Assembly (NCBI GenBank): GCA_035084275.1
Contig: CM068759.1
Span: 2,418,001 to 2,482,000 of the forward strand
DNA: 64,000 bases
DNA from: Hydrolagus colliei
Taxonomy: Eukaryota
Reading direction: 5' to 3'
Shown: piece by piece, positions 51,346 to 63,810 of the stretch
Layout: every line of letters starts with the position of its first letter
Numbering within the stretch: position 1 is the stretch's first letter
The notes under the pieces: generated by a model
Seen by the model: the letters and a program-made list of their open reading frames with translations, nothing else
What the model was told of the DNA's origin: nothing
The model's database searches: none
Translations under genes and position numbers: made by a program

Positions 51346-54063
51346 AAACTCAATAAACCATTAAGCATCTCACATACCTCCATAGGTTCTCCTCTGAGAC
51401 ATCTCTTTTTTTTCGAGCTTCAAGAGCTCCAGCTTATCTTCTCATTTCTCATCATTTATCATCTCTGTGACACTGGGAGATAAGCTGTGTTGCTATTCCC
51501 TGTACTGCCCTTGGGGCCTGGTGGTCCCCTTACACAGTAAATTGATTAGATTTCAATCTGTCAAACTTCACACTTTTTGTATCATTCACTATTTTAGCTG
51601 GAATGACAAATGGAACGGGCATAGCAGCACGATAATCCGCCTTACTAAAGGCAAAGCCTATGCTTTTTTGGAACCTGGCAGTTTTGAGCCTGACGTTGGA
51701 TGTTTTTCATGCCTTTAATACGGTATTTTAACAGTACGTATCACTTAACAATGGAATGTACATTCAAGCACTTTGGTGTGCTGGATAATGTCTCAGCATC
51801 AGCTAATGAGTACCGGATTGTGACATTCTACTCGAAGTGTAACTCAACTGCGGTTTGCCTTCTGTTGAGCAAACCATACAGCAAATTCAGTCCTCCACAT
51901 CAGTCATATACAGAAAAAAAGACCTCACATCTTAAAAATGTCAAGGGAATGCTGTCACATGTATTAGAAAAACATGCAAACAGTAAAGTACCACTTCAGT
52001 AGTTATTGCGAATCTGTGAAAATTTAAGCCAAATATAATTCTCCGAACTGGTCACGTAAACTGTGACTCGGTGGAGAAATATGCAACATTTGCAATGCCG
52101 GCTATTTATACAATGTTCTAATAAGGTTTTCGTTTTGGATGAAGTGCGCTTCAGAATTCATATTAACTCACTCCGAAACGCAAACAAAAGCAGGCTGGTG
52201 ATGGAGAAATATGGTAATGCAACCCGATTCAGTTTCAAAAGTGGATTTGCCACTTTGGGAAAGAAGTACAAATTATATTAGACTGTATAACCAACAGTAA
52301 AATTGGGATTGATTACATTTCTTTCTGCCATGTGTAAATTCATATGTCTGCAAATCATTCTAAGCAATGTTTTGGCTTTTCCTTTCCCTCTTAAATGATT
52401 TGTCTCATTTTTTCCTCAAATGGAATTCATAGAAGACTTTCTTTCCCAAGGGCAATTAGCCTGCTGCATGTGTTTTAAATAACGTATTGATTTTTTTTCG
52501 AGCAAACTGAGGGATTTAATGTAGTTCATATTTGCTGGCTTTTTGATATGTCCCCAGCACAGTGTATCCAAAGCAAACAATTGTCACAGTACAGTGTTAT
52601 TTTGCGACTATGTGAGATGCATGTTTGCACAGCAGACCTAGATCTTGCAGTGTGTGTTTAAACTCTTTCACTTTATGCCACAATGAACAATTCCAGTCTT
52701 CGGGGATTGGAGATTAGTCACCTGGAAATATTTGTCTATCTTCCAAGGCAATCTCGGTCTCAGATCAAAAGACCTGCCTGCAAATCCTGTGTTCACTAAT
52801 TCTAATGGAAATCCAGCTGAGGTTAACAGGTGGAATGACAAGAGACCTTAGACTGAAAACTTTTTTAAAAAAACATTTAGGATCTTGATGAACTTTGGAA
52901 ATTTCTCAAACTGGATTCTGAATTTGGAAGCTGCATTTTTCCATATTCCTTTACAAGAAAAACAGCTTCCAGATTAAGCCCCGTGTAAATGGATTTAAGG
53001 CTGAGAACATGGAAACTTTCAGACCTTTGGAGATCTGCACCTATTTATTATTTGTCAACTTTTTTCATCCTCTTGATGCAGTGTCCTTTTGCTTAAGAGT
53101 TACTCTTTCAAACACACTCCAAATTCTTGTCGTATTTCCATTTAAAAAATCCTTATTTAGCACTTTGAGGCACATCTTGGGCATTTCTTTATAATTCTTT
53201 AAGAACAGAGCAACCTTGCAAAAACTCCTCCCTTTTTACCTTTGTCCACAGCAAGTGTAATTTTATACCAGTGAGCAGGAATGCAAATGAGAAATTTATG
53301 CCAGAACAGACACATATTCAAAGGGATTCAGTGCAAACTACATTTGCCTTGTTGTGTATTTTTCACCATACGTTTGCTATGCTTTGCATGTCACTTATGT
53401 CCCCGCACAAAACAATGGAAGTGTTGCTGCAAAAATAAGCTGCGTTTGCTATTTTTCCACTTTTCTAGTCACAGCAAATGAATGCCATAAATAACAATGG
53501 CTGCTGGGGTTTGAGGGAGGGAATTAATGGCTGGCGTGTGTGTGTCTGTGTGTGTGTTTATATGTGTGGGATGGAGGGGACAATAACACAATGCGAGCCA
53601 AATGAAAAGTATAAGAGTGTATGCGAAAGTATGTGTGAGCGTGCACAGAGGATGGCTTCAGGCTATGGAGTTATATTATAGATTGAGAGGAAGGAATAAG
53701 GGAGGCAACAAAGAACAGACACAGAGAAAATGTTTCAGCCCAGAAGAAGTTTCCCTGGCGACAGGCCAATTGAAAATGCTGCAGGTGATTTTTTGCCTTG
53801 ACAAGCAATACTTTATTGAGCAGAAATGAAGGCAGATCTGAGTGGCAAGCCCTTTATGAGCACTGCCCTGCCAATGGTAATTAAGATGATAGCGTGTTCA
53901 GCCTCTCCACCGTTGCCTAATTCTACTCAATTGCTGGGAGAGGTTTGCACACTTTAATCTACCAGGTGTAATGTTATTAAGCAGGTTGCAGCTGCATTGA
54001 TTGAAGAGCAAAAAGTTCTATATTTAGCTATTTTTTCCTGAGGTCCGAGGAAAAATCACAAGG

Positions 54064-54106
54064 TGGGGGGTAGGGGGTGAGAGGGGGGGGGGGGGGGGGG
54101 GGGGGG
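54064..54106. repeat. G-run cluster and poly-G tract
   Basis: Two short G runs followed by about 25 consecutive G. Confidence 0.9.
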
Positions 54107-54219
54107 TTATTGAGTACACTTAAGCAGAAAAGTGCTCTCGGCTACCCTAAAGGTTGACACTCCATAAACGTGCAGCGTGCCTCTGATGGCAACATGGGCT
54201 CACACATGTGTTTGACTAT

Positions 54220-54440
54220 AATGAGCATCCCACTGTGAATTGCTTCATTCTGGCTCAGTTCTCTCCTCGCCCAGGAATGACTGTTGGATTTGGCAGACGT
54301 GATGTGAAAAAACAGTAGACTTCGATTTAATGTCTCATCCGAAAGGCAGCGAGAACCCGAGCGTCAGTGAATTATCAGCTCAAGGCTTGAACCCACAACC
54401 TTCTGACCTAGGAATGAAAGTGCTGCCAAACTGAGCCTTG
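54220..54440 (-). mobile_element. Old tRNA/Deu SINE
   Basis: TTTAATGTCTCATCCGAAAG and CTTGAACCCACAACCTTCTGAC...ACTGAGCC. Confidence 0.65.
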
Positions 54441-56954
54441 AGCGAAACAGGGAATTACTGTGCTGTGATGCAAGTAGAGGTTAAACACCCATAATTTTCC
54501 ATTGCATGTGGAGTGAGTTCCTGATTTCAATCATGTGACTGCGGGCAGTCACCATGTAAAGGGGAACTTCCTCACAGGACAGTTGGGTGAATACTACAGC
54601 GCAAATAGTCGTGTGAAAAATCCCTCCTGTCAATTTAATGGAAGCGTTTTGGTTTGTTTGAGCATTCTGAGTCAGTCCTAACCTCCTTGTAGTTGACCAC
54701 TACTTCATTCTGTAGAAGAGGAAACAAGATGCTTGAACAGACTGAATCCCAGTTGTATCAAAAATCCTACAGCTGGCCAGCTTGTGAATGACAGTCCAGA
54801 GACATACAGAGTAGCAGGTCTGTGCTGAAGGTCAGAAATGAAAGGGAGGCAGGGATATCACTGTAATAATACCATACTGTACATCCTAACACATAGGAAA
54901 GACTGACTACAGGTAATATTTCTGACTCAGATCAGGACCTTGTTCTGACAGGAGAATGAACTGTCGTGTTATGTGGGTTTAAGGATTATAGACACTGACG
55001 CTTGTCTGTGGGAAATGAAATTTAACAAGTTATTGCTTGAATAACGTGACTGGGAGTAAAGAGTGTCTGCAGGTGCTTTCCAACATGAATGATTTCCTTT
55101 TTTGTTTCTGCAATCACTATCAGCTTTCATGGAAAAGTGATGTACAGTAACAAGAGTATGTTGACATATCTGAATTGACTTTGAAAACTATGAACGTGAA
55201 GCATTTTTTCCCCCCTAAAAGCCTCTCCCCTCGAGCTCTTAAGACCCTAAGTTCTTCAAACTCAAATTGTCTCTCGGTTTTGAACCTTCCGCATTGCTTC
55301 TATCTCCCCGATTTCCCACTGCGATATTCCATATGTGACTTCCATTAGCTTCCACTCTCCAGATGGAGCTTTCATCACTTGTCAGCACCTCTGGTCCCTA
55401 TTGCTGAAGTAGATTTCAATCCCAACTAGCTAATTTGCCTCTTATTCAACAAGCTTTCATCCTCTTTAAATATGCGGCATGCATTTTCGAAACAACAAGC
55501 AAGTGAATTAACTCCAGTATACAGTAGATCTCACACGCTAGTTTTGTCATTTTGTGTCAGAATAATTTGATTAGGTTCATGAGGGATAGCTTAATATCAT
55601 TTCTAAACCCACTGAGACCAAAAGCTGATGATAACCATGTTCTTTAGCCGAGCAATGATAATAATATTTACATGAAAGTTCGCCCACTACATGAATTCCC
55701 ATAAATTGTATGTACACGTAACTTGGTAAATTTTCAGATTATCTACTTCCCCTTTGCTACCTTCAATACACAATACAATTTGCATTTATATAGAGCCTTT
55801 CACATGGTGCGAACTTCTATTTATAAACCACAGGTTTTTTCTCTGGTCACCCAGGGTTGTGCTTTTTGTGGAAACCCTGAAAAATTTCCGAGCAATTTTT
55901 CCTCGGCATTCTTTATTGCTCTCACAGAACAGGGGAGGATGCCAGTACAGACTCCTGAGGAACCTCACTTAATATCTCCCTTTATTTTTGACTCAGCTGA
56001 CTGAAAACAACCCTTTACCAGCATTCATTCAGCATTGAATGTGCAATGATATGTCCACAGCTTGCCCTCAACAGCCAGTGTTGTGGAAATGGATTTTTCC
56101 CAGTAATGAAAAAATCTAATATTGTGTCTCACAACTTTAGATTTGATTTTCCAGCCTGTTTTCAAGAGAGAAAAAATAATCACAGAAATGCTGACTTCAG
56201 CACCAGCTCAGACAAAGAGTCTGAAGGATATGACGTGTATTATTGTGAGCTGCGACCGCTGAGAAAAATAATTGTTACTGTCTAGGGTAATCTTGACAAG
56301 AGATGTATTTCTATTTTACATTTGTTGCATAGTAAGTAAAATGAGACAAAGGGGTTAAGATGCAACATTTCACCACAGATTTGACAATTGTGGAACATTT
56401 AATCTGCTATATACATTGTACAGAATTTGAACACTATATAGGCTGTGTTGCAGAGAGTATAAAATTACTAGGAGATATAATCCCTAAGTCATTATTTTGC
56501 TCCTCTATATGTGTGCAAAACAAGCTCACTTCTTCGAATTCCTTTCAGACACAAACACAATGTGCGGAAAAATAAATATTTTCCTACCTAGCAACCTCTA
56601 TTTTACAAATGTTGAGAGACCTCAACTAGCCATGGTCCCTGAAGAAACAGCCAAGACACACATGATCAAACCAATGACCGCTCTGCTGCTTAGAATTGGG
56701 ATGATAAAGTCACATTGAAATGTCTATATTTATTCTATGGTCATTTTGGCACACCACTTTGTTGGGACTACAACAACAACAACAAAGTTACATTTATAGA
56801 CTAGCTACTGAATAACTGCTGCTTTCAATAGAATCCTGATGTGGAAAGTCTCTCAGTGAAGCAATTTACTATAGACGTGATTCGCATTATTTTTATCGAC
56901 AGCACTAATCTGGCTGTGTAAATCGGGTTTATTTACTTCTGAAGTGAGATCACG

Positions 56955-57195
56955 TCAGCCTCGCTCACTCAGGAGTGGTCTTGTCTCTGAATCAGAACCT
57001 CGTGAGTTCAAGCCAGTGCCGATGTGGGGCTCCAGTGCAGCATTGGGGGGAAAAAAACGCATCGAAGGAGTTGTCATCAAGAGATGTTAAACCAAGGTCC
57101 TATCTGCCTGTTCGGGGTCTGTTAATGATTCCATGGCTCTGTTAGAAAAAGAGAAGGGAATATCTACTGGTGTCCTGACCAGCAATCCCCTCTAT
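56955..57195 (+). mobile_element. Old tRNA/Deu SINE
   Basis: CTCTGAATCAGAA...GAGTTCAAG...GAGATGTTAAACCAAGGTCCTATCTGCCTGTTCGG...GGTGTCCTGACC. Confidence 0.7.
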
Positions 57196-57574
57196 AGCAG
57201 TGAGAGTTTAACCGATGAATGGGAAACCGTTGAAATGAAAAGACATTTAGAACCCGGGTGCACAAGGTTACTCCGCAATCTGCTACCGGGAGTCGATTAG
57301 GTGAGCGTGGCAACCACTTTGTCCATTAAGTTTCCCTTTCCTCTTCCCCAAGGGGTGGCACTGTTTCAGCACAAAGCGCCATCTAGTGACTGACCAATAA
57401 GCACCCAATCTGATTCAGTCGAGGCAAGCGATGAACTTCACGGTTTGGGAGCGAGTGAAACATTCAGGGTTCTGTGCCACTAGTGGTATCGTGATCTCGG
57501 ACAATTGGATTGTTTGGGCTGACCACTTCACCTCCCTCCCCACCCCACCCCACCCACCCAGAAGTGATTATTAT

Positions 57575-57705
57575 AGAAACCTCAGAGTTCTGACGAAGGG
57601 TCGTGGACCCGAAACGTTGACTCGCTTTTCCTTTCTCCATCGATGCTGCCTGACCCGCTGAGTGTTGCCAGCGACTGCTGTTTTTGTTTCAGATTTCCTG
57701 CGCTT
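57575..57705 (+). mobile_element. Penelope-like element terminal (pLTR-type) fragment
   Basis: CTGACGAAGGGTC...GACCCGAAACGTTGACTC...TCTCCATCGATGCTGCCTGACCCGCTGAG...TTTTTGTTTCAGATTTCC, a repeat typical of chondrichthyan genomes. Confidence 0.7.
57585..57623 (+). ncRNA. Minimal type I hammerhead ribozyme-like motif
   Basis: Stem I GAGTT/GACTC, core CTGACGA plus one extra A, stem II GGGTC/GACCC, GAAA, palindromic AACGTT as minimal stem III. Confidence 0.55.
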
Positions 57706-58911
57706 TGGATCATCGAAACCTTCTTTGCTGTGTTCTCTTCAACACCCTCCCAGGGCCCCGCTGTTCGATCATTGCTTGCTATCAGTGTCATCGGCTGAGA
57801 TGTGGTTGCACATGACATGTGGTCACTGGTGGATTCACGTGAGCTAATGGGTCTCGTGATTCTCTAGTCTGCACGGTACACAGAGAGGGCCTGGCGCTGT
57901 CCGAGTATAAATAGGGAAAGGACCTGTTTCCAGCGGCCCCAAAGACTTTGAACTTCAGTGCACTGATGCATATCAGCACAATGTCTCTTTTAAAGGAAAC
58001 AAACATTCAGAGGTTACGCTGGTGGAATTTCTAGCCGCTCATGATTTTTTTTTCACAGTGTTCCAAGTTGACTACATTTTTTTGTCACAAAAGATGTTAA
58101 CTCCTAAAGCACTGATTTGACATCACTGTGCCCCGTTGCGACATGGCAGAAACATGGCACAGACTGCGGTGTTTGGCGAGAATTCACATTTTGAACAGTG
58201 ATAGCAGCTTTTGAATGCACAAAAACAAGTGTTGCGTATTGCTTCTGATCTCTTGAAAGGATTAAATTGCAATTTCTAGCCCCCCCCCCCCTAGACCCAT
58301 AAACCTGTCATCACCAAGTGTTGAATTTCCTAATTACACCTAAAAGAAACTCAACTAAGCTCTTTGGAGAATCCAAAACAGATTAGCCCATAACCAAACT
58401 AAAGGTGTATTTTTTTTTCCCGACGTGAAAGACGCTCTATAAATGTAATTTGTTGTTGTTGTTGTTAGTCCTGGACTGAGAAGCGAATTTCTTTTCAGAT
58501 TTCTTTGAGAGGTTTTTTTAAAATGAAAGTGGGGTCAAACAAAATCTAAAATGCTTATAGTTACTGAGGGCAGGGCAGAGAATTGTTGTTAATACAATCT
58601 CAGGAAAATGGATGCACCTTTAACTGAAATCAGCAATAATACCTGTGCTCTGAAATTGTTAATTAGGGATGTCCTTTCTTTCTTCCAAGAGACAGTGGAT
58701 TATGGCAGTGCTCTTCAATGAGAAGAAACATTGCTACCTCACAAGTATTGTCCTGTGTGAGGGAGTTGATGAGGATCTTTCACACTGCAGTATACCTGGT
58801 AAGATAAGATTATTTTACAGTATCTAATACTTTCACGTTCAGATGCTTCAATATGAGCCACAGGGACACACAAGCCATATCAACTGACAATATTACAAGT
58901 ACTGTACTTAC

Positions 58912-59400
58912 ATCTTCCATTTCACAATCCCATCAAAAAATAAAATCAAAGCTATTTTATGTCAGTGTTATATGTGTCCAGATTTCCCTGTGTGGTCTCC
59001 TCTATATGTTGTGGATATCTGTCCTCTGATAGACCTTTGAGTGTATTGTGATAACGTAACTGTCAAGTCTTCAATGTTAAACCAATACAACTCATCGTTT
59101 GTTTTCTAAATTTTGTTTTTTTTTCCACTGGTGGAAAGTATCACTTGTGTGGGTGGAGAGTGAGATTACTAATCACACCCACAGAACAGTGGTGGTATTT
59201 ACAGTGAAAGGAAAGCCAGAGATGTTCTCAAAGATTGCCTGCAGTGAGACAGTCTGACTTCTTGCGACATGCAACTGCAAGGCACTTCCAATGATGTAAA
59301 ATCCTTTTGAACACCAAATATTCTTTCTAGGTTTCAATACGGTTATATTTTCCAACCCTCAACGGATGCTAAGGTGACTGGGATATATTTTTACCGCGGG
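58912..59400 (-). pseudogene. Unit 1 exon relic (~aa 635-720)
   Basis: GTAAGT donor. QSLRTSLAFLSL* vs EVLEKSLSLLASRY. Confidence 0.45.
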
Positions 59401-59621
59401 AAAAATGAATCCCAGAAATTAAAGGGAACTGTGTCATATTATACTTAATTTGGTATCTGAATAAAGCAAAACCTAATTGGTTACGATGTTCGCTTACAGT
59501 AAATCTACCTCAAGTGATTTGAAACGTCCCCCGTATCAAATGAAAGGCACCATTATCAAACGCAAGGAATGGTAACTCTTCATTTAGCAAAAACAGTCTC
59601 TATCTGCACGTCTGTGCGTTA

Positions 59622-59695
59622 ACAACAACAACATCCAAATGACATTTATCGAGCGCCTTTCACGTCGGGAGGACGTCCCAAAGCGCTGAACAATC
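59622..59695 (-). mobile_element. L2 3' tail (similar short tails at ~22195, 38605, 38742, 42400, 46175, 58418, 61550)
   Basis: (CAA)n followed by GCGCCTTTCACGTCGGGAGGACGTCCCAAAGCGCTG. Confidence 0.85.
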
Positions 59696-59699
59696 AGGT

Positions 59700-60090
59700 T
59701 AAAGCAACCGAATAAATGCTGTTTTGATCCTGAAAGGGTGAACGCCCTTTTTAACCGTATCGAGGCAGACTTGTCTTGACGACATCCTGCATTCGGTCCC
59801 GAAGACGCTTTTTTTTAATGGTCAGGTTAGATGGACCCAGCTGCCAAGTATTCCTATGAAAGACATTGTACTGAACACAACTGTTCCCAAAAAAACCTAT
59901 ATAATTTATGCACAATTCACCGACAGATGAGGCGATGTCCTTTCCTGCTAGGTATTTGAACAGCAGGATGTGAAACTCGAACAGTTTTATTCATAAGTAT
60001 ATTCCGTTACTCTCTTGTGCTACCGCAGGTAAGGTTTCCTGTCAGTAATATCATGTGGAATTTAAATAAATACCAAGGATCAATGAAGCA
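59700..60090 (-). pseudogene. Unit 1 exon relic (~aa 560-640)
   Basis: CCTTTTTTCATTGCAG acceptor. LGIYLNST*Y vs LHTYLSTAVY; ILLFKY vs VLVQRY; HRNTW vs ESHHW. Confidence 0.55.
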
Positions 60091-61264
60091 CTGCAATGAA
60101 AAAAGGCAGAAACGATTGCTGCATTCCACCCGGCAATGTAGTCATAAACTGCGCCAGGGGTGAATGAGGTAGATTTCTCTTTCCAGTTTAATTAACCCAG
60201 CTGTTTTGTAGTAAATAAGGTGAACCTTGGCCCTGTGTGTGCATAAAATCAACGGATCGCAAGATAATGCCTGCTGCAGATGTGCTGCGAATGCACAAAT
60301 GAACCCATGTCAGGAATCCGGAAGGTCCTTGGAATAATAGCACAGACAGCTTTTAGACAGCAGAAACACCACTGATCCACTCAGTAACTCCCCCCCACAA
60401 TACCCCCACCACCACCTCACACAGCTTCATTCACCAATTAGCCCCTGGAAGGTACCAATCACAGCCAAAAAAAAATCAGTGGAGTGCTTCAGATGGAGGG
60501 GGTGGGAATCTTGCTCCGCCTCTGCTTGTAGGAAACACCCAGCCTGAAGCTTTCACACTGGGTGCAAGTAGAGTACAGTGAGTAATCCAGGCGTGTTTCA
60601 ACAGATGGTTTGAGCTGGCCTAATTCAGTCATTGCAGCTGAATGAGGTTGAGAGAAGAAACTGTTGAGAGAACCCATCCGGAGCTGTGTGGTCTCAGACG
60701 CTTGCCTGGCATTGTGAAAGGGGGGTCTCTTTTATTTTTGAGAAGCCTCCATCCCCCCACACCCCCCCACACACACACACACCCCCCTTGTCCCAGAAAT
60801 GAGAGGAGACTGACTCTTAAAGGTACTGTGAACTGCTGCTGCTGTTATTTCCCTTTCCTATTACTAGGCTACTTCTGCTTTGCTTAATGTTCATACATCA
60901 CTGTGTACCAGGCTGATTTGCAAGTCAGCTCGTTTGCAGTGTCTATGCTGAAGGGGTGAGTGAGTAAAAGACTTTCTTTTTCTTTTAAATCGAAGCTGTT
61001 TCATTGTGTGGAAAGGTTCAATCTTGATGTAAATAATGTGTTAAAACTTGATGGGTGTGTGTGTGTGTGTAAAAAAAACTGTGTTACAGCTCTCCTGTGT
61101 TCTTTCCCAATACTGTTTTCATCACTGCCTTACCTAATAATGTAGTGACAGTGATCTGGAAATCCAATCTGCTAGCACAGTAACCAGTTGGAATAAAGGA
61201 ATATAGTGAGTTTTTAAAAATATATATATATTAATTACATATGTTATATAATATTTTACCTTGA

Positions 61265-61443
61265 TAAAAAACAATAAATTGATCATTTCAATCCACGCCT
61301 GTTTGTGGGACGCTGCTGTGCGCAATTGGCTGCCACAAATATACAGTCTCAATTCACTTTACAGTACTGTATATTCTGCGAAGCGCTTTGAGACGTCTAG
61401 AAGATGTGAAAAGCGCTATATCAAATGCAAGGATTATTATTAT
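61265..61443 (+). mobile_element. Young SINE 3' half inside an exon relic
   Basis: Near-consensus Deu and tail. Confidence 0.9.
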
Positions 61444-61763
61444 AATATATATATTTTCCTGTATTTGGTGACTTATACATAATTTCTTCAGATACCCTGC
61501 CAGAGAATCGTTCATTTTATCGATTTCATGTTATGTGATTACCTGTTGTCAGCACCTTGAGATGTCCCCCTGACTTGTAAGGTGCTATACAAATGTAATT
61601 TTATTATTGTTGTTGTTCGTACTGCAGTTAAACATAGACTTCAATTGGCAGTTTTTCTGAGGGAGAAAGAGAGACTTTGACTCAGTTTGCCTTTTTTTTT
61701 GGTGCTATTTATAAGCTGTGGCTCTTTCATGACTTTCAACGTCCCATTAAGGAGGAACTCAGT

Positions 61764-61975
61764 TCATAGAATCATAGAATTTTACGGCACAAAAGGAGGC
61801 CATTCGGCCCATCTAGTCTGTGCCGGCTCTTTGAAAAGAGCAACTCAATCCCACTGCCCCGCGCTCTCTCCATAACCTAACAGACCTGTTCTCCCTAAAT
61901 AAAGATCTAATTCTCTTTTAAAAGCTGTTATTCGAATTGGCCTCCACCACCTTTTCAGGCAATGCATTCCAGTTG
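61764..61975 (-). mobile_element. CR1 LINE 3' end inside an exon relic
   Basis: (CATAGAAT)2 terminal repeat, GGAGGCCATTCGGCCCATC; reverse strand reads WNALPEKVVEA. Confidence 0.88.
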
Positions 61976-63487
61976 ATCAGCTTTGTGATATTAAATGGAA
62001 TGAGCGCAGGAAAAACACCATCCAAAATCTTTCCGACTCACTCAGAGACCTGTACTCTCAGCATGCTGTATGAGATTGTGATCTTTCACAGTGCATCATC
62101 CAGGCAGACCTATGAAATGCTTGTTGTCTGATTGGAGGGATGAGTTCACTTGCAGAGAGAGGTGTGGATATTTTTTTGAAAAAAGGACCATTTGTGTGTG
62201 ATTCATTTTTGAAAATCTTGGCGTTTCAAGATCACAACACGTAACACTTCTGTTTGCCCGTTCGGACTTTTGAATTCAGATTTTGTTTTTAAGCGACGCT
62301 TTTGAAATGTCATCTGTTTAGAAGCAGGTGAAAATGATTACATTTTAAGTTGGTTGCTGTCGATTAAATTCGATATTTTTCTCTCTCTACTTTACCCTAA
62401 AATCCTTGCCTCTTGCCTTTTTTATGCAAATGCCTGCATTTTGTTCGGACCATGTGATTTGAGCTCAGACATTTAATACAAATAGTGCACTTTGTAATTT
62501 TGTGTGAGAAAAAAATAGGGTTCAGTGAACACAAGGCAGACTAATAGGCATTTCTACGGCAAGTGGCATCAATTACTTTTATCTTATAATTGGCTTTCAG
62601 ACCATCAACAAACACATTGGTGCATTAGGCTAGGTTAAACAATTCTTACAAATCGAAACGTTCAGATTTTAAGAGTTTTCCTTCCGAGGCTTTAAGAGTT
62701 TTAAATGCACAAAGAAACGCGAGCCATCTAAATATAAAAAGTTCAGCAACACGGAGAGAACATACAAGAAAAAAGCTTAGCACATGAACTCGTTTTCATT
62801 ATTTATTTGTCCAGCCCGAACGATTAATGAGTCAATTATATGAATTGTAAATTTCGAGGATTTGAAAAACTGGAATGAAAGCAGAAATAATCTCTTGAAA
62901 ACCAGCATCCTGGTTGCACTTGTGTCTTCAATGCTTATGTCCCAATGTATAGATTGTCATGTCTCAGAGAATGACTGGGTATTGTGCTGGACTTTGGTCC
63001 GGTTTTTATTTAATAATTATCCTGCCATTGTTCGCAGCCGTGACTGAATCCAATCTGAAAGGTGCAGATGAATAAACCGCAGTTAGAAACACTGGACTTG
63101 TTGTTGAAGACACCTTCACTTGGAATATTTTTGGACTTGATATCATTTATTTTGTCAGTTTTGTCCTCGGGGTCGACAAAGTGTTGCAGGCACAAGTCTG
63201 TGCGTGAAATTTGCACCTTACAATGTGAGCACATCGATTGGGATGCACTTATCCCATCTAAATAATGAAAGGGGGTGAATTTCCCCCAGTATGTTAAACA
63301 ACGTACACATGCACGGGGAGATTAGAATCAGGTAAAGACCATTAATATGTGCAAATGGGGGAAGGGTCTTCATTTAAAAAGATATGTTCCTGTCCACATT
63401 GAAGCAGGAATGCATCAACCCACCACACTCAAAAATCACAATGAGACATTCTCCTCTCAAACACGTATCAGAGAACAGAGACTTTAC

Positions 63488-63590
63488 CTGCTGTAGCGGC
63501 CATGGAGAAGGAAGGGGCTGCCCATACAGTGCATATCACATTGACGGCTGTGAGCTATGGTCAGATCGAACACAGAATTGATTTAAATAT
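63488..63590 (-). pseudogene. Candidate upstream exon relic
   Basis: CAG|GTAAAG donor, phase-compatible with the 63257 acceptor (...MAATA-D-GIS); no motif match. Confidence 0.35.
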
Positions 63591-63810
63591 TAATGAGGCA
63601 ATTTGAATAGTGCACTATTCGCACAAAGCCAAAATTGGAATTCCGTGCACGTCGAACAATCGACATTTATATCCCCCGAATGTGTGTCTGTGAATAAAAA
63701 GGAAAATTTAGCTCATTGAGTTAGTACAAGGCATTGCTCTCGCAGTGTAATACTTAACTTTGATTTCTGATTCCAAATTTATTAAAAAAAAACGTTTTAA
63801 CTTTACATAC

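Larger units (their letters stand above)
61134..63257 (-). pseudogene. Unit 1 large exon relic (~aa 100-550) with three TE insertions
   Basis: TTATTTAG acceptor, GTAAGG donor. DWIQSRLR vs DDIRLHLR; FQEIISAFIPVFQILEIY vs LQQLLFLYPESEVIIKY; KDFGW vs LDFGW; LKVMKEPQ vs TKILQQEQ. Confidence 0.6.
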
